Shown: positions 18,574 to 30,710, counted from the stretch's first letter. The stretch is 64,000 bases of DNA from Acholeplasma sp. (GCA_036677365.1 JAVBWN010000030.1:64001-128000); one strand, 5' to 3'. The notes: a model not told the origin generated them from the sequence alone. Program-made: numbers and translations.

Positions 18574-18963
18574 ATGAAGACACTGGCTATGATTGATTTA
18601 CTCAAAACATATGAAGAACTCCAAGGATTAAAACCGATGCGCATCGGTGTTTTACCCAACGATGGTTTGATTATTCCAGGATTTCCTGAGGCGTTATTGA
18701 CGTTTGATTTAGATACATTCACAATTTATACATTCGAAGGACTCATCCAATTGACTTACGAGCATCAAAAATATGCATTTGCTTATAGTGAAATCAAAGA
18801 GATTGAAATGGGTAAATACAACTTCAAAGATCGTTACCTTAAAATCACCTTTAAAGACGATAGGTACGTGGCGTTCAGTTATCATTTGAAAGACAAGAAA
18901 TACCCTGAACAAGCCACTTTAGTAGAAGCATTTTTACATAAACTAGAGTCACTCGCAAATTAG
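18574..18963 (+). CDS. Hypothetical protein (possible PH-like fold)
   Basis: AAGGAG RBS; 'FAYSEIKEIEMGK..LKITFKDD' beta-rich pattern. Confidence 0.6.
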   Translation: MKTLAMIDLLKTYEELQGLKPMRIGVLPNDGLIIPGFPEALLTFDLDTFTIYTFEGLIQLTYEHQKYAFAYSEIKEIEMGKYNFKDRYLKITFKDDRYVAFSYHLKDKKYPEQATLVEAFLHKLESLAN

Positions 18964-18976
18964 TTTTCATTTTCGG

Positions 18977-19005
18977 TTGACATTATTACTATGTAATGAT
19001 AAAAT
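18977..19005 (+). promoter_or_regulatory. SigA promoter of rplK operon
   Basis: TTGACA-17 nt-TAAAAT with extended TG. Confidence 0.8.
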
Positions 19006-19030
19006 AACAAGGCGTGTATGGATACACCGT

Positions 19031-19066
19031 AGTGGAAGGATTGCAAAAGCAAATCCGCTGACCACA
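19031..19066 (+). promoter_or_regulatory. L1-binding mRNA leader upstream of rplK
   Basis: GTGGAAGGATT..AATCCGCTGACCAC hairpin with asymmetric internal loop. Confidence 0.7.
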
Positions 19067-19095
19067 TACTCATAGGATAAAGGAGGTTGTGTCAC

Positions 19096-19521
19096 ATGGC
19101 TAAAAAAGTAGTCAAAGTTGTCAAATTGCAAATTGCAGCAGGTAAGGCGAATCCAGCCCCACCAGTAGGACCAGCACTTGGTCAAGCAGGGGTTAATATT
19201 CCTCAATTCTGCACCCAATTCAACGAAGCAACGAAAGACAAAGTCGGTTATGTTATTCCGGTAGTGATTTCAGTATTTGATGATCGTTCATTTACATTTG
19301 TAACAAAAACACCACCAGCAAGCGACTTAATCAAGAAAGCAGCAAATATTCAAAGCGGCTCTAAAAATGCATTAAAACAAAAAGTTGGTTCGATTAAACG
19401 TGATAAGTTGAAAGAATTAGCAACATTGAAGATGCCAGATTTGAATGCCTACACAGTTGAAGCAGCAATGAAGATTCTTGAAGGAACTGCAAGACAAATG
19501 GGCGTTACCATCGAAGACTAA
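19096..19521 (+). CDS. rplK: 50S ribosomal protein L11
   Basis: [28 protein letters not shown]. Confidence 0.98.
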   Translation: MAKKVVKVVKLQIAAGKANPAPPVGPALGQAGVNIPQFCTQFNEATKDKVGYVIPVVISVFDDRSFTFVTKTPPASDLIKKAANIQSGSKNALKQKVGSIKRDKLKELATLKMPDLNAYTVEAAMKILEGTARQMGVTIED

Positions 19522-19564
19522 TTCGGTGGCAGTACCAAAATAATTTAGATATCATCATCTAAAT

Positions 19565-19591
19565 TGTGGGAGGATATCCCGCTAGACCACA
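19565..19591 (+). promoter_or_regulatory. L1-binding mRNA leader upstream of rplA
   Basis: TGTGGGAGGATATCCCGCTAGACCACA directly before the AGGAGG RBS. Confidence 0.7.
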
Positions 19592-19608
19592 TTTTAGGAG
19601 GAAACCAT

Positions 19609-20301
19609 ATGAAGAGAGGAAAAAAATACGTCGAAGCTGCGAAGTTAGTTGACAAAACTAAGAAATATGCAGTAGCTGAGGCGTTCGATTTGGTTGGTAA
19701 AACATCAACTACTAAGTTTGATGCAACTGTCGAAATTGCTTTTCGCTTAAACATTGACCCACGTAAGGCTGAACAAAATCTACGTGGAGCGATCGTTTTA
19801 CCTCATGGAACCGGAAAAACCCAACGCGTTGTTGTAATTGCACGCGGTGAAAAAGCTAAAGAAGCTCTTGCAGCTGGCGCAGATTTTGCAGGCGACACTC
19901 AATTGATTCAACAAATAGCTGGTGGCTGGTTTGAATTCGATGTCATGGTTGCGACACCAGATATGATGGCTGAACTTGGTAAATTAGGTAGAGTATTGGG
20001 TCCGAAAGGCCTTATGCCAAACCCTAAGACAGGTACAGTTACATTGGACGTAACTAAGGCAGTTAAAGAAATCAAGAATGGTAAAATTGAGTACCGTGTT
20101 GATAAGGTTGGTAACATTCAAGCGCCAATCGGTAAAGTATCATTCGGTGCTGAAAAGTTAGCAGATAACGCAAAGACAATTTATCAAGTATTAAATCGTA
20201 TTAAACCAACGACCGTTAAGGGTGTATACATGAAGAACATCACTGTATCATCTACAATGGGACCTGGCATCCGTCTTGATGAAGAATCATTAAGAGGATA
20301 A
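19609..20301 (+). CDS. rplA: 50S ribosomal protein L1
   Basis: [35 protein letters not shown]. Confidence 0.98.
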   Translation: MKRGKKYVEAAKLVDKTKKYAVAEAFDLVGKTSTTKFDATVEIAFRLNIDPRKAEQNLRGAIVLPHGTGKTQRVVVIARGEKAKEALAAGADFAGDTQLIQQIAGGWFEFDVMVATPDMMAELGKLGRVLGPKGLMPNPKTGTVTLDVTKAVKEIKNGKIEYRVDKVGNIQAPIGKVSFGAEKLADNAKTIYQVLNRIKPTTVKGVYMKNITVSSTMGPGIRLDEESLRG

Positions 20302-20317
20302 TTACTTAAAAATCTAA

Positions 20318-20418
20318 TATCGCCAAAGACAGTAGGTGCCATTGAGCTTAATTTCCTACCGAGGATATAATGTTGTATTTTAACCCTCTTTTGTCTTGGC
20401 AAAGAGGGTTTATTTTTA
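20318..20418 (+). promoter_or_regulatory. L10 leader (rplJ attenuator)
   Basis: AAGACAGTAGG..TTAA..CCTACCGAG core; terminator AACCCTCTTT..AAAGAGGGTTT containing GTCTTGGC, complementary to upstream GCCAAAGAC. Confidence 0.85.
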
Positions 20419-20441
20419 GAAAAAAACAAGGAGGAAACCAG

Positions 20442-20942
20442 ATGAACAGTTCTATTTTAGAACGCAAGAAGAGTCAAGTCGAATTACTGGTTGGCAGAAT
20501 CCAAGAAGCAAAAACGATCGTTGCGTTTGATTATGCCGGACTATCTGTAAAAGACTTTACTGACTTACGTATCCAATTACGTAAAGCTGGTTGCGACGCA
20601 CAAGTATTTAAAAACAATATCGCGCGTCGTGCCGTTGAAGTAACTGGTCACGCTGAACTTGCAGAACATTTCGTTGGAGCTAAAGCAATCGCTTTCTCAA
20701 ACGATGACGTTGTTGCACCAGCGCGCGTTATTTTCGAATTCGCAAAGAAAAATGAACATGTTTCCATGAAGGCTGGTATCATCGAAGGCAAATCTGCATC
20801 CTTAAAGGACTTAAATGCACTTGCTACATTACCATCTTATGAAACATTGTTAACCCAACTCGCTGCAGGTATGTTAATGCCTCTACGCGAATTAGCAGTC
20901 GGTTTAAACATGATTGCAAACCCAGAAACAGCCAACGCATAA
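20442..20942 (+). CDS. rplJ: 50S ribosomal protein L10
   Basis: DYAGLSV, VFKN, LATLPS; AAGGAGG RBS. Confidence 0.97.
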   Translation: MNSSILERKKSQVELLVGRIQEAKTIVAFDYAGLSVKDFTDLRIQLRKAGCDAQVFKNNIARRAVEVTGHAELAEHFVGAKAIAFSNDDVVAPARVIFEFAKKNEHVSMKAGIIEGKSASLKDLNALATLPSYETLLTQLAAGMLMPLRELAVGLNMIANPETANA

Positions 20943-20970
20943 CACTAAACTAATAAAGGAGAATATTATC

Positions 20971-21342
20971 ATGGCAAAATTAACAAAACAAGCTTTCATC
21001 GAAGCATTAAAAGAAATGTCAATTCTTGAAATCAAAGAATTAGTTGACGGATTAAAAGAAGCATTCGGTATCGACCCTACAGCAGTTTCCGCAGCAGCAC
21101 CAGCAGCAGCTGCAGCAGTCGTTGAAGAACAAACAGAATTCAACGTCGTTCTTAAGTCTTTCGGCGCTAAGAAACTTGAAGTTATCAAAGTTGTTCGTGA
21201 ATTAACTGGTCTTGGACTCGTTGAAGCGAAGACTTTAACTGAAACTCCAAACAGCATCGTTAAAGAAAAAGTGAAGAAAGAAGACGCTCAAGCAGCTAAA
21301 GAAAAACTAGTTGCAGCCGGCGCAGAAGTTGAAATTAAGTAA
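20971..21342 (+). CDS. rplL: 50S ribosomal protein L7/L12
   Basis: Ala-rich hinge, EEQTEFNV, IKVVRELTGLGLVEAK, AGAEVEIK. Confidence 0.98.
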   Translation: MAKLTKQAFIEALKEMSILEIKELVDGLKEAFGIDPTAVSAAAPAAAAAVVEEQTEFNVVLKSFGAKKLEVIKVVRELTGLGLVEAKTLTETPNSIVKEKVKKEDAQAAKEKLVAAGAEVEIK

Positions 21343-21357
21343 TTAACCCAACTTTTT

Positions 21358-21382
21358 AAACCAGAGGATGACTCTGGTTTTT
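21358..21382 (+). terminator. Intrinsic terminator after rplL
   Basis: AAACCAGAG-gatga-CTCTGGTTTTT. Confidence 0.85.
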
Positions 21383-21405
21383 CGCTTTACAACTGAGGAT
21401 ATTGA

Positions 21406-22005
21406 ATGAGTGGACAATACTTTGAAAACAATCCAGATTTAAAACACGACATCCACGAGTACAGTTTGTCAATGAACGGAAAAACTTTCCGTTTTTTGAC
21501 TGACAGTGGCGTATTTTCGCGTAACTATTTTGATTTTGGATCCAAAACTTTGGTGGAATTATTCAAACCGTTTGAAGGTTCAAAATCATTTTTAGACTTG
21601 GGTTGTGGGTACGGTCCGATTGGGACCATCGTCAAAAAAACCTTTCCTGAACTATCGGTAACACTCTCGGATGTGAACCCAAGAGCTGTTGACTTAGCGA
21701 AACAAAACTTATTAAAAAATGATGTTTCCGCAACCGTTATTTTAAGCGATGGTTTTAATGATATTAACAGTTCGTTTGATATCATCTTACTAAATCCGCC
21801 GATTCGTGCTGGGAAACAAACCGTATTTAACCTTTACATCGAGAGTTACGAACACCTCAATCACCAAGGCGAATTATGGATTGTTATACAAAAAAAACAA
21901 GGTGCAGAATCGAGTTTAAAGTTTCTAAAAGAACACTTTCAAATGGTTGAAATAGTTGATAAAAATAAAGGGTATTTCATCATTCGAAATAAAAAAATCT
22001 GTTAA
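21406..22005 (+). CDS. Class I SAM methyltransferase (YbxB/RsmC-like)
   Basis: TDSGVFS, DLGCGYG, NPPIRAGK, KKQGA; lies between rplL and rpoB as ybxB does. Confidence 0.9.
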   Translation: MSGQYFENNPDLKHDIHEYSLSMNGKTFRFLTDSGVFSRNYFDFGSKTLVELFKPFEGSKSFLDLGCGYGPIGTIVKKTFPELSVTLSDVNPRAVDLAKQNLLKNDVSATVILSDGFNDINSSFDIILLNPPIRAGKQTVFNLYIESYEHLNHQGELWIVIQKKQGAESSLKFLKEHFQMVEIVDKNKGYFIIRNKKIC

Positions 22006-22011
22006 ATGTTA

Positions 22012-22040
22012 TTGACATATATTAATATATGTGATAATAT
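22012..22040 (+). promoter_or_regulatory. SigA promoter of rpoBC
   Basis: TTGACA-17 nt-TAATAT with extended TG. Confidence 0.7.
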
Positions 22041-22116
22041 TGTAAAATGCATAAAGACGGGCCTTATATATAAATATATAACCGTTTTACCCCAAAAAAG
22101 ATAGGAGAGTGGCTAT

Positions 22117-25100
22117 ATGGGATATCGTACAGTGCAGTACGGTAAGAAAGCAGTTAGACGCAACTACTCTAAAATGCGTCATGAGATTGAATTGCCAGAT
22201 TTGATCGAGTTACAGACCAAATCATTCGACTGGTTTGTGAATGAAGGGTTAGCAAAATTATTTGAGGACATCTCACCGATCGAATCATATAATGGCGATT
22301 TCAAACTGTACTTTACTAACCACCGTTTTGAAGAACCGAAATACGACATCGTGCAATCGAAAATTCGTGACACCAGTTATTCAAGACCTTTATTTGTTAC
22401 AGTAAGACTTGAAAACGTGATCCAAGGGACCGTTATTGAAAAACAACTATTCATGGGTGATTTCCAGTATATGACACCTGTGGGTACTTTTATCATTAAT
22501 GGTGCTGAACGTGTCGTTGTTTCACAAATTGTCAGATCTGCGGGTGTATATTTCACCAGTGATTTCGACAAAAAGACCAACACTCACCGATATCTATCCC
22601 AAGTTATCCCGACCAGAGGTGCTTGGCTTGAATACGAAATGGGTGCCAAGAACATTTTCTATGGCAAACTAGACAGAAGTAAAAAGGTATCCTTAACCTC
22701 ACTCTTACAAGCATTCGGTTTTGATGGTATCGAAGAAATTAAAAAGCTGTTCCCTACCTACAAGAAGATGTTAGATGAAACCTTCAAGAAGGACGAAAAG
22801 GAAGGCATTTTAAGCTCCGACACGGCCATCGAAGACTTATATTCTAAGCTCAGACAAGGTGAAAAAATCCCTGTGTCCGCGGCAAAAGAATTCGTTCGTA
22901 CCCGTTTATTTGATTCAAGACGTTACGATCTAGAAGAAGTTGGACGTTACAAATTCAAACAAAAGCTGGACATCACACAACGCTTAATGACCATCGCACA
23001 AGGCATTACTGCGCCAAACCAACCAGCGGTTTATAAGTATGCACAAGATGTCATTGACCCTGTGACAAAAGCGGTATTGGTCTCTAAAGATCAAATCGTT
23101 GATGTGGCTTCCGTTGAATTACTCAGCCAACACAGAGATGCATTACGCAAAGTCGTATTATCGAAAGAGTCCAGTCTCCAAAATGAATCCGAAAACGAAG
23201 TGTTCGGTATCAAGACCTCAGACTTATTCGAACAATACGCTAAAGACGACATTTTATACATCCCTGCGGATGCGAAAGAAGCCGGTCTTCTTGTTCCAGC
23301 CAGAACCAAGATTACCCCAGAAATTCGCAACCTCATCTACAAAAACAGAAATAACCTCGTCTTCCAAAAGAAGGACGTCAATGGCAATACTGTGGTTGAA
23401 AAAGACGCTTCTAAAGCGAAATTACTTGTCGACCTCTACGGCAAAATCGACGGCATTTTCCCAATCGAATATGATAGAGAAATTGTGGTTGAACAAAACA
23501 TCGTGAACCTGTTGACCGGTGAAGTCATCGTTGAAGCAGGCACCAAACTCACCCCTGAAGTTAGACAAACGCTACTCGTCAACAGAGAAGGCTTGAACTA
23601 CGCTTCATTGAGATACCTCCGTACATTCATTGACCATGACATCTTGCTTGCGGATGATTCCGTACTCTTCTATGAAGGTACCGAAGTCACCGACGAAGTG
23701 TATTTCCAAATTTATGAAAACAAGCAAAACCTTAAATCCCTTGAGGACTTAAAATACGCCACTGTTTATGCGAAACAAGACATCGATATCCTTGAGGATT
23801 ATCGTAAACATGAATCGGTTGAAAGTCAAAGAGACCATAAACCAATCATCTATTGTGGCTATGAAATCACTGAAGAAAACTTACTTGAACTCCAAATCAA
23901 CCGTAACAAGTTGGATGAAAATGTCATTAAGTATTTCTTGGTTGCTGGTAAGAAGGGCGAATTCTATCGTAAGGAATCACAACGTCGTGCTACCTTCGTA
24001 GAAGTGGTTCAAATCAAAGCAGCGAAAGATTCGAAAGACGATAAAGACATCATTGAACTCATCGGTCACGATTCCCGTGAAACGAGACTACACATCACTG
24101 TATCTGACATCATCGCTTCGATTTCCTATTACTTAAATCTTTATGATGGCGTCGGTAAGATCGATGATATCGACCACTTATCCAACCGTCGTTTAAGATT
24201 GATTGGGGAATTATTGAAGAACCAATTCAGAATCGGTTTGGCGAAACTTGAAAAGAACATCAAAGACAAGATGTCGACAGCCGATGCGAAGGAAGCTTCG
24301 TTACAATCTTTAATCAACATCAAACCGTTGACTGCTTCGTTGAAAGAATTCTTCGGCAGCTCTCAATTGTCACAATTCATGGATCAAATTAACCCACTCG
24401 CTGAGTTAACTCAAAAACGTAGAGTTTCCGCTTTAGGTACAGGTGGTCTTGCGAGAGACCGCGCTGGGGTAGAAGTTCGTGACGTTCATGAGTCTCACTA
24501 TGGCCGTATTTGTCCAATTGAAACCCCAGAAGGTCCATCGATCGGTCTGATCTCATCCTTAGCAAGCTATGCGAAAGTCGACCAATATGGATTCATTCAA
24601 ACCCCATACTTAAAAGTGGATAAGTCAGACCCTGAACATCCATTTGTAACTTCAGAATATGTCTACTTTACCGCAGGTGAAGAAGAACATCACATCATCG
24701 CATCTGCCGACTCTCAAACCGATGAGTTTGGTCATTTCAAGACCGAAACTGTCATCGGACGTTTCATGGGAGAAACACGTTCTTACCCATCGAAGAAAGT
24801 CGATTTCATGGACGTTTCACCTAAACAAATCGTTTCGGTTGCGACCTCATCCATCCCATTCCTAGAACACGATGACGCCTCCCGTGCCTTGATGGGCGCG
24901 AACATGCAACGTCAAGCCGTACCACTGCTTGTACCAGATTCACCAATCGTAGGTACAGGTATTGAATACCGTTCCGCCAAGGACTCCGGTAGTGCGATTG
25001 TAGCGCATGTTGACGGTGTTGTTACTTACGCCGATGCGAGAAAAATTGTCATCGCCGTTAAACCAGAAGCATCGATTAAGACCACCAGAGGTAAACTTGT

Positions 25101-26574
25101 ATATGACAAGGATGCTGAATTCAACTGGGAAGCTTATGACCAAATTCGTCAAGCTAAAATGACCGATTTGTTGCGCTTTGAAACTTACACACTCACACAA
25201 TTCTTACGCTCTAACCAAGATACCTCCATCCTTCAAAAACCAATCGTTCAAATTGGTGAAAAGATTGAAAAAGGTGATGTCATCGCCGATGGTCCATCGA
25301 TCAATAAAGGTGAACTTGCGCTTGGTAGAAACGTCGTGGTCGCGTTCATGACCTGGGAAGGTTATAACTACGAAGACGCCGTCATCATGAGTGAAGATTT
25401 GGTTAAAAACGACGTGTATACTTCAATCCATATCGATGAACACCAAGTGGAATCTCGCGATACCAAATTAGGTAAAGAAGAGATCACCAGAGAAATTCCA
25501 AACGTATCTCCAGATGCGCTTAAATTCCTAGACGACCGTGGGGTTGTGATCCCAGGGACTGAAGTCAAAGAAGGCGACATCCTAGTAGGTAAGATTACAC
25601 CTAAAGGACAAACCGAACCGACCCCAGAGGAAAAACTCCTTCAAGCCATTTTCAATGAAAAGGCGAGAGAAGTGAGAGATACTTCCTTGAAAGTACCTCA
25701 TGGCGGTGGTGGTATTGTTCATTCCATCCAATATTTCAGCAAAGGCAACGGCGATGAACTTGGGCCTGGCGTCAATGAAGTGATCCGTGTTTATATCGTG
25801 AAAAAACGCAAAATCTCCGAAGGGGATAAGATGGCGGGACGTCACGGTAATAAAGGGGTTATCTCGAAGATTCTACCAAGAGAAGACATGCCTTACATGG
25901 CAGACGGTACACCGGTTGACATCATGTTAAACCCACTTGGGGTACCATCTCGTATGAATATCGGACAAGTCTTAGAAATCCATTTAGGTATGGCAGCTAA
26001 GAAACTTGGCATCAAAGTTGCGACACCAGTCTTTGACGGTTTAACCCAAAAAGACTTAGAAGAAGTCATGGCAGAAGCAGGCATGTCTCCAGATGGCAAA
26101 CAAGTACTCTATGATGGACGTACGGGTGAACCTTATGAAAACAAAGTATCTGTAGGTGTCATGTACATGATCAAACTTTCACACATGGTTGACGATAAGC
26201 TCCATGCGCGTTCTGTCGGTCCTTACACTTTAGTTACCCAACAACCAATGGGTGGTAAAGCTCAAAACGGGGGACAACGTTTCGGGGAAATGGAAGTTTG
26301 GGCACTCTATGCTTATGGTGCAGCACATACCCTTAAAGAAATTCTTACCGTTAAGTCAGATGACATCATCGGACGTAACAAAGTATACCGTGCGATTACC
26401 GATGGTAAACCAATCCCAGATTCACACATTCCAGAATCCTTCCGCGTATTGACCAGAGAATTACAATCCTTGGGTCTTTATGTCGAATTAATCGATGCTG
26501 AAACGGGCGAAAATGAGGTTAACAAGTCATTGGTCGATCAATCCAATCCATTCGAACGTAAAGGGGGATTCTAA
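22117..26574 (+). CDS. rpoB: RNA polymerase beta subunit with large insertion
   Basis: [57 protein letters not shown]. Confidence 0.99.
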   Translation: MGYRTVQYGKKAVRRNYSKMRHEIELPDLIELQTKSFDWFVNEGLAKLFEDISPIESYNGDFKLYFTNHRFEEPKYDIVQSKIRDTSYSRPLFVTVRLENVIQGTVIEKQLFMGDFQYMTPVGTFIINGAERVVVSQIVRSAGVYFTSDFDKKTNTHRYLSQVIPTRGAWLEYEMGAKNIFYGKLDRSKKVSLTSLLQAFGFDGIEEIKKLFPTYKKMLDETFKKDEKEGILSSDTAIEDLYSKLRQGEKIPVSAAKEFVRTRLFDSRRYDLEEVGRYKFKQKLDITQRLMTIAQGITAPNQPAVYKYAQDVIDPVTKAVLVSKDQIVDVASVELLSQHRDALRKVVLSKESSLQNESENEVFGIKTSDLFEQYAKDDILYIPADAKEAGLLVPARTKITPEIRNLIYKNRNNLVFQKKDVNGNTVVEKDASKAKLLVDLYGKIDGIFPIEYDREIVVEQNIVNLLTGEVIVEAGTKLTPEVRQTLLVNREGLNYASLRYLRTFIDHDILLADDSVLFYEGTEVTDEVYFQIYENKQNLKSLEDLKYATVYAKQDIDILEDYRKHESVESQRDHKPIIYCGYEITEENLLELQINRNKLDENVIKYFLVAGKKGEFYRKESQRRATFVEVVQIKAAKDSKDDKDIIELIGHDSRETRLHITVSDIIASISYYLNLYDGVGKIDDIDHLSNRRLRLIGELLKNQFRIGLAKLEKNIKDKMSTADAKEASLQSLINIKPLTASLKEFFGSSQLSQFMDQINPLAELTQKRRVSALGTGGLARDRAGVEVRDVHESHYGRICPIETPEGPSIGLISSLASYAKVDQYGFIQTPYLKVDKSDPEHPFVTSEYVYFTAGEEEHHIIASADSQTDEFGHFKTETVIGRFMGETRSYPSKKVDFMDVSPKQIVSVATSSIPFLEHDDASRALMGANMQRQAVPLLVPDSPIVGTGIEYRSAKDSGSAIVAHVDGVVTYADARKIVIAVKPEASIKTTRGKLVYDKDAEFNWEAYDQIRQAKMTDLLRFETYTLTQFLRSNQDTSILQKPIVQIGEKIEKGDVIADGPSINKGELALGRNVVVAFMTWEGYNYEDAVIMSEDLVKNDVYTSIHIDEHQVESRDTKLGKEEITREIPNVSPDALKFLDDRGVVIPGTEVKEGDILVGKITPKGQTEPTPEEKLLQAIFNEKAREVRDTSLKVPHGGGGIVHSIQYFSKGNGDELGPGVNEVIRVYIVKKRKISEGDKMAGRHGNKGVISKILPREDMPYMADGTPVDIMLNPLGVPSRMNIGQVLEIHLGMAAKKLGIKVATPVFDGLTQKDLEEVMAEAGMSPDGKQVLYDGRTGEPYENKVSVGVMYMIKLSHMVDDKLHARSVGPYTLVTQQPMGGKAQNGGQRFGEMEVWALYAYGAAHTLKEILTVKSDDIIGRNKVYRAITDGKPIPDSHIPESFRVLTRELQSLGLYVELIDAETGENEVNKSLVDQSNPFERKGGF

Positions 26575-26577
26575 TAT

Positions 26578-29500
26578 ATGGCAAAAGATAACAAAAAAGT
26601 GTCCATTGTAGATTTAAAATTATCTGCAGAAACCACAGAATACCTAACCCTTTCGGGGATCGATACCTTAGAAGATTTCAATACATTCACACTTAAAGAA
26701 TTGCGTTTACTTTTAAAGACAGATGCGGCTTTTAACGAAGTCGTGCCTGTCTTAAAGAAGTACGTATTGCCAAGTGCTGTTGAAAACCTAGCCCTCTCTA
26801 AAGAATTAGAAAGAGCTTTAAATGAACTCGGTATTGTTGAAACGAAAGCCTTATTGGCATTATCTAAAGAAGCCCTTCATGACATCATTAATCATGACGG
26901 ACTCTTATACGACGAACTTGCGAAATTATTTAATATGTATGGCGTAGTGCTTCCTGAAAAAGAAGCGTTGGTCCATGACCACCACCATGCAGATGATTTG
27001 GTCCAAGACGTTGAAGCTGAAACCCACATCAACACCCCAATCAGTGTCGATGCGTATGTCAAAGCAGCTCAAGCAAAACCTAAAAACAAAGCGTATGGGT
27101 CAACCGACTATTCCCACTTAAAGATCAGATTGGCTTCTCCAGATGAAATTCGTTCTTGGAGCTATGGTGAAGTTTTAAAACACGAAACCATCAACTATAG
27201 AACCTTAAAACCTGAAGAAGGCGGTCTATTCTGCGAACGTATTTTCGGTCCAACCAAAGATTATCAATGCCTATGTGGTAAAAAACGTAACTTGGACAAA
27301 GGTCAAATCTGCGACAAGTGCGGCGTTGAAATCACAGAATCCAAAGTCAGAAGAGAACGTATGGGACACATCGAACTCGAAGCCCCAGTCGTACACACTT
27401 GGTACTTAAAGAACTCCCCTTCAAGATTGGCTTTATTACTCGATATTAAAGCGAAAGACTTAGAAGAAGTTGTTTATTTAGCAAGCTACATCGTCACTGA
27501 CCCAGGGGATACCCCATTGTCGAAGAAACAAATTCTTTCGGAAATGGAATACAACCAATACTACGAACAATATGGCAATAAGTTCAAAGCGATGACTGGT
27601 GCAGAAGCCGTTAAAAAGCTTTTACAAGACATCGATTTAGACAAAGAAGTGAAGTCGTTAAGACGTAAACTTAAATCCCCATCGAAACAAAAACGTGACC
27701 GTGTCATCAAGAGACTCGAAGTCGTTGAAGCCTTCAACAATTCAGACAACAAACCTGAATGGATGGTATTAGACGTACTGCCAGTCATCCCACCAGACAT
27801 TCGTCCGATGGTTGCTTTGGATGGTGGTCGTTTCGCAACTACCGACTTAAACGACTTGTATCGTCGTATCTTAAACCGTAACAACCGTCTCAAACGTCAA
27901 AAAGAACAAAATGCGCCACGCTTAATTATGAAGAATGAAAAGCGTATGTTACAAGAAGCGGTCGACGCTTTGATTGATAACGCTAAACGTGGTAAGAAAG
28001 CCGTTGTTGAAAGAAATAGACACTTGAAATCCTTATCCGATATGCTTCGTGGTAAGCAAGGTCGTTTCCGTCAAAACTTACTTGGTAAACGCGTGGACTT
28101 CTCAGGTCGTTCCGTCATCATCGTCGGACCAGACCTTGAAATGTACCAATGTGGTATCCCAAGAGAAATGGCGATCATTTTATTCAAACCATTCGTTTTA
28201 AGAGAACTCACCAAACGTAAAGAAACCATCCAAGCGGCTAAACGTTCCTATGAAGCATTAGATGATGATGCATGGAGCGCATTAGAAGCGGTTGTTGTAG
28301 AACATCCAGTGTTGTTAAACCGTGCGCCAACCCTCCACAGACTTGGGATTCAAGCCTTTGAACCTAAATTAATTGAAGGTAAAGCAATCCGTCTACACCC
28401 ACTCGTTACAACGGCGTTCAACGCAGACTTTGACGGTGACCAAATGGCGGTCCACGTCCCACTTTCTCACGAAGCACAAGCCGAAGCGAGATTGTTGATG
28501 TTGGCTTCCAATAACATTTTGAACCCTAAAGATGGTAAACCGGTCGTTACCCCATCTCAAGATATGGTCTTGGGCAACTACTACTTAACCATGTCCAAAC
28601 GCAATGAACCAAACGAAGGTCATTTCTATACCGGTTACGATGAAGCTTATATGGCTTATAAAAACGGTGAAATTACCCTCCATACTTTAATTGTGTTTGA
28701 TCCAAAAACCTTACCACATGCGTTCACTGAAGCACAAAGAAATGCGTATTTAGTCACCACACTCGGTAAGGCGATATTCAACCAAATCTTACCACCAAGC
28801 TTCCCATTTTTAAACGAACCAAGTTCATCGAACTTAGTCGATAAAACACCAGACAAATATTTCATTAAGAAAGGTTTAAATGTCAGAGAACTCATCAAAG
28901 AGATGCCTCTACCTAAACCATTCGATAAGAAGTATTTATCCTTAATCATTGCGGAAGTATTCAAACAATTCCAAATCAATGAAACTTCGAAGATGCTAGA
29001 CCGTTTGAAAGACCTTGGATTCAAATATTCTACCGTGGCTGGTATTACCGTATCGGCTTCTGACATGGTCGTTTATACCAAGAAACAAGAACGTCTAAAA
29101 CAAGCCGAAGAGAAGATTGCTGAAATCGACGAATACTTTGATGATGGCGTCCTTACCGAATCTGAACGTAAAAAATTGGTTGTCAACGAATGGAAAGTCG
29201 CTGGGGAAGATATTCAAGCGGGCGTCATGAGCGAGTTCGACACCACCGGTCAATTATTCATCATATTTGACTCCGGTGCGCGTGGTAACAAATCGCACTT
29301 CTCGCAATTACTTGGTATGCGCGGTCTGATGACCAACCCTACCGGGGAAACCATTGAAATCCCAGTTAAAGCAAACTTTAGAGAAGGTCTATCTGTATCC
29401 GAATTCTTTATTTCCACCCACGGTGCGCGTAAAGGTTCGACCGATACCGCGTTAAAGACCGCGGAATCGGGTTACTTGACCAGACGTTTAGTTGACGTTT

Positions 29501-30696
29501 CACAAGACGTGATCGTTGACCTAGAAGATTGCCAAACCGAAAAAGGTGTTGTCATGGAAGCCATCCGTGACAATGACGGAAAAGAAACGGTTGCTTTATT
29601 CGACCGTATCATTGGCCGTTATGCATCCTCACCGGTGATTCATCCAACCACCAAAGAAGTCTTAGTCGACCGTAACCAACTCATCACCAATGAACTTGGC
29701 GAAGTGGTCGTTAAAGCAGGCGTGAAGTCTGTTGAAATCCGTAGCGTCCTCACATGTAATTCTGTCAATGGCGTATGTAAACTATGCTATGGTAGAAACC
29801 TCGCAACCAACAAATCTGTGGAAGTTGGGGAAGCCGTTGGGGTCATCGCTGCACAATCGATTGGTGAACCAGGTACGCAGTTAACCATGCGTACATTCCA
29901 CACGGGTGGGGTTGCTTCGGCATCCGACATCACCGCCGGTCTCCCACGTATTCAAGAATTGTTCGAAGCACGTAAACCTAAAGGGGTCTCTGTGATCTCT
30001 GAAGTTGCGGGTAAAGTTCGAATGATTGAAACGTCTAAGGCAGGCTCCGTGGTAACCATCGTTTCTGACCAAACACAAAATGGTGAACCGAAAGAATACA
30101 AATATACGTTAGATTCCAGTGCTCAACTCTTAGTGAAGAAGAACCAAGTCGTCAAGGCTGGGGATCGTCTAAACAAGGGTTCAATCCATCCGAAAGAATT
30201 ACTCCGCGTATCTTCTGCGGAAGCGGTTGAAAAATACATCGTTGAAGAAGCTCAAAAAGTATACCGTGCTCAAGGGGTAGAAATCAGCGATAAGCACTTC
30301 GAAATCATCGTGCATCAAATGCTTAGAAAGATTTCTGTCATATTTGAAGGCGACACCGAATTACTCCCAGGTTCGAAGGTTTCTATCGCAGAATTTAAAG
30401 CTGCCAACAAGAAGGCCATCGCTGCTAGATTACGTCCTGCAGTGGGTCAACCTGAACTCTTGGGTATTACCCGTGCTTCCTTACAAAGCGACTCCTTCTT
30501 ATCCGCTGCATCCTTCCAAGAAACGACACGTATCCTTACAGACGCTGCTATTCACGGCAAGACCGATGAATTGCACGGCTTAAAAGAAAATGTCATCATT
30601 GGTGGCTTAATCCCAGCAGGTACAGGTATCCTCAAAGACAAGTACTTCCACTACGAAGAACCGGTCATTGATGACGAAGAATTCGAACAAGCGTAA
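26578..30696 (+). CDS. rpoC: RNA polymerase beta' subunit with N-terminal extension
   Basis: NADFDGD, Zn finger [33 protein letters not shown]. Confidence 0.99.
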   Translation: MAKDNKKVSIVDLKLSAETTEYLTLSGIDTLEDFNTFTLKELRLLLKTDAAFNEVVPVLKKYVLPSAVENLALSKELERALNELGIVETKALLALSKEALHDIINHDGLLYDELAKLFNMYGVVLPEKEALVHDHHHADDLVQDVEAETHINTPISVDAYVKAAQAKPKNKAYGSTDYSHLKIRLASPDEIRSWSYGEVLKHETINYRTLKPEEGGLFCERIFGPTKDYQCLCGKKRNLDKGQICDKCGVEITESKVRRERMGHIELEAPVVHTWYLKNSPSRLALLLDIKAKDLEEVVYLASYIVTDPGDTPLSKKQILSEMEYNQYYEQYGNKFKAMTGAEAVKKLLQDIDLDKEVKSLRRKLKSPSKQKRDRVIKRLEVVEAFNNSDNKPEWMVLDVLPVIPPDIRPMVALDGGRFATTDLNDLYRRILNRNNRLKRQKEQNAPRLIMKNEKRMLQEAVDALIDNAKRGKKAVVERNRHLKSLSDMLRGKQGRFRQNLLGKRVDFSGRSVIIVGPDLEMYQCGIPREMAIILFKPFVLRELTKRKETIQAAKRSYEALDDDAWSALEAVVVEHPVLLNRAPTLHRLGIQAFEPKLIEGKAIRLHPLVTTAFNADFDGDQMAVHVPLSHEAQAEARLLMLASNNILNPKDGKPVVTPSQDMVLGNYYLTMSKRNEPNEGHFYTGYDEAYMAYKNGEITLHTLIVFDPKTLPHAFTEAQRNAYLVTTLGKAIFNQILPPSFPFLNEPSSSNLVDKTPDKYFIKKGLNVRELIKEMPLPKPFDKKYLSLIIAEVFKQFQINETSKMLDRLKDLGFKYSTVAGITVSASDMVVYTKKQERLKQAEEKIAEIDEYFDDGVLTESERKKLVVNEWKVAGEDIQAGVMSEFDTTGQLFIIFDSGARGNKSHFSQLLGMRGLMTNPTGETIEIPVKANFREGLSVSEFFISTHGARKGSTDTALKTAESGYLTRRLVDVSQDVIVDLEDCQTEKGVVMEAIRDNDGKETVALFDRIIGRYASSPVIHPTTKEVLVDRNQLITNELGEVVVKAGVKSVEIRSVLTCNSVNGVCKLCYGRNLATNKSVEVGEAVGVIAAQSIGEPGTQLTMRTFHTGGVASASDITAGLPRIQELFEARKPKGVSVISEVAGKVRMIETSKAGSVVTIVSDQTQNGEPKEYKYTLDSSAQLLVKKNQVVKAGDRLNKGSIHPKELLRVSSAEAVEKYIVEEAQKVYRAQGVEISDKHFEIIVHQMLRKISVIFEGDTELLPGSKVSIAEFKAANKKAIAARLRPAVGQPELLGITRASLQSDSFLSAASFQETTRILTDAAIHGKTDELHGLKENVIIGGLIPAGTGILKDKYFHYEEPVIDDEEFEQA

Positions 30697-30710
30697 ATTT
30701 AAGTCGATAT

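Noticed and set aside
20370..20970. N-terminal extensions of rplJ, rplL, rplA, rpmG, tatD and pulA in the ORF track
   Set aside because: Artefacts of longest-ORF calling; downstream ATGs have clear SD sequences and canonical N-termini.
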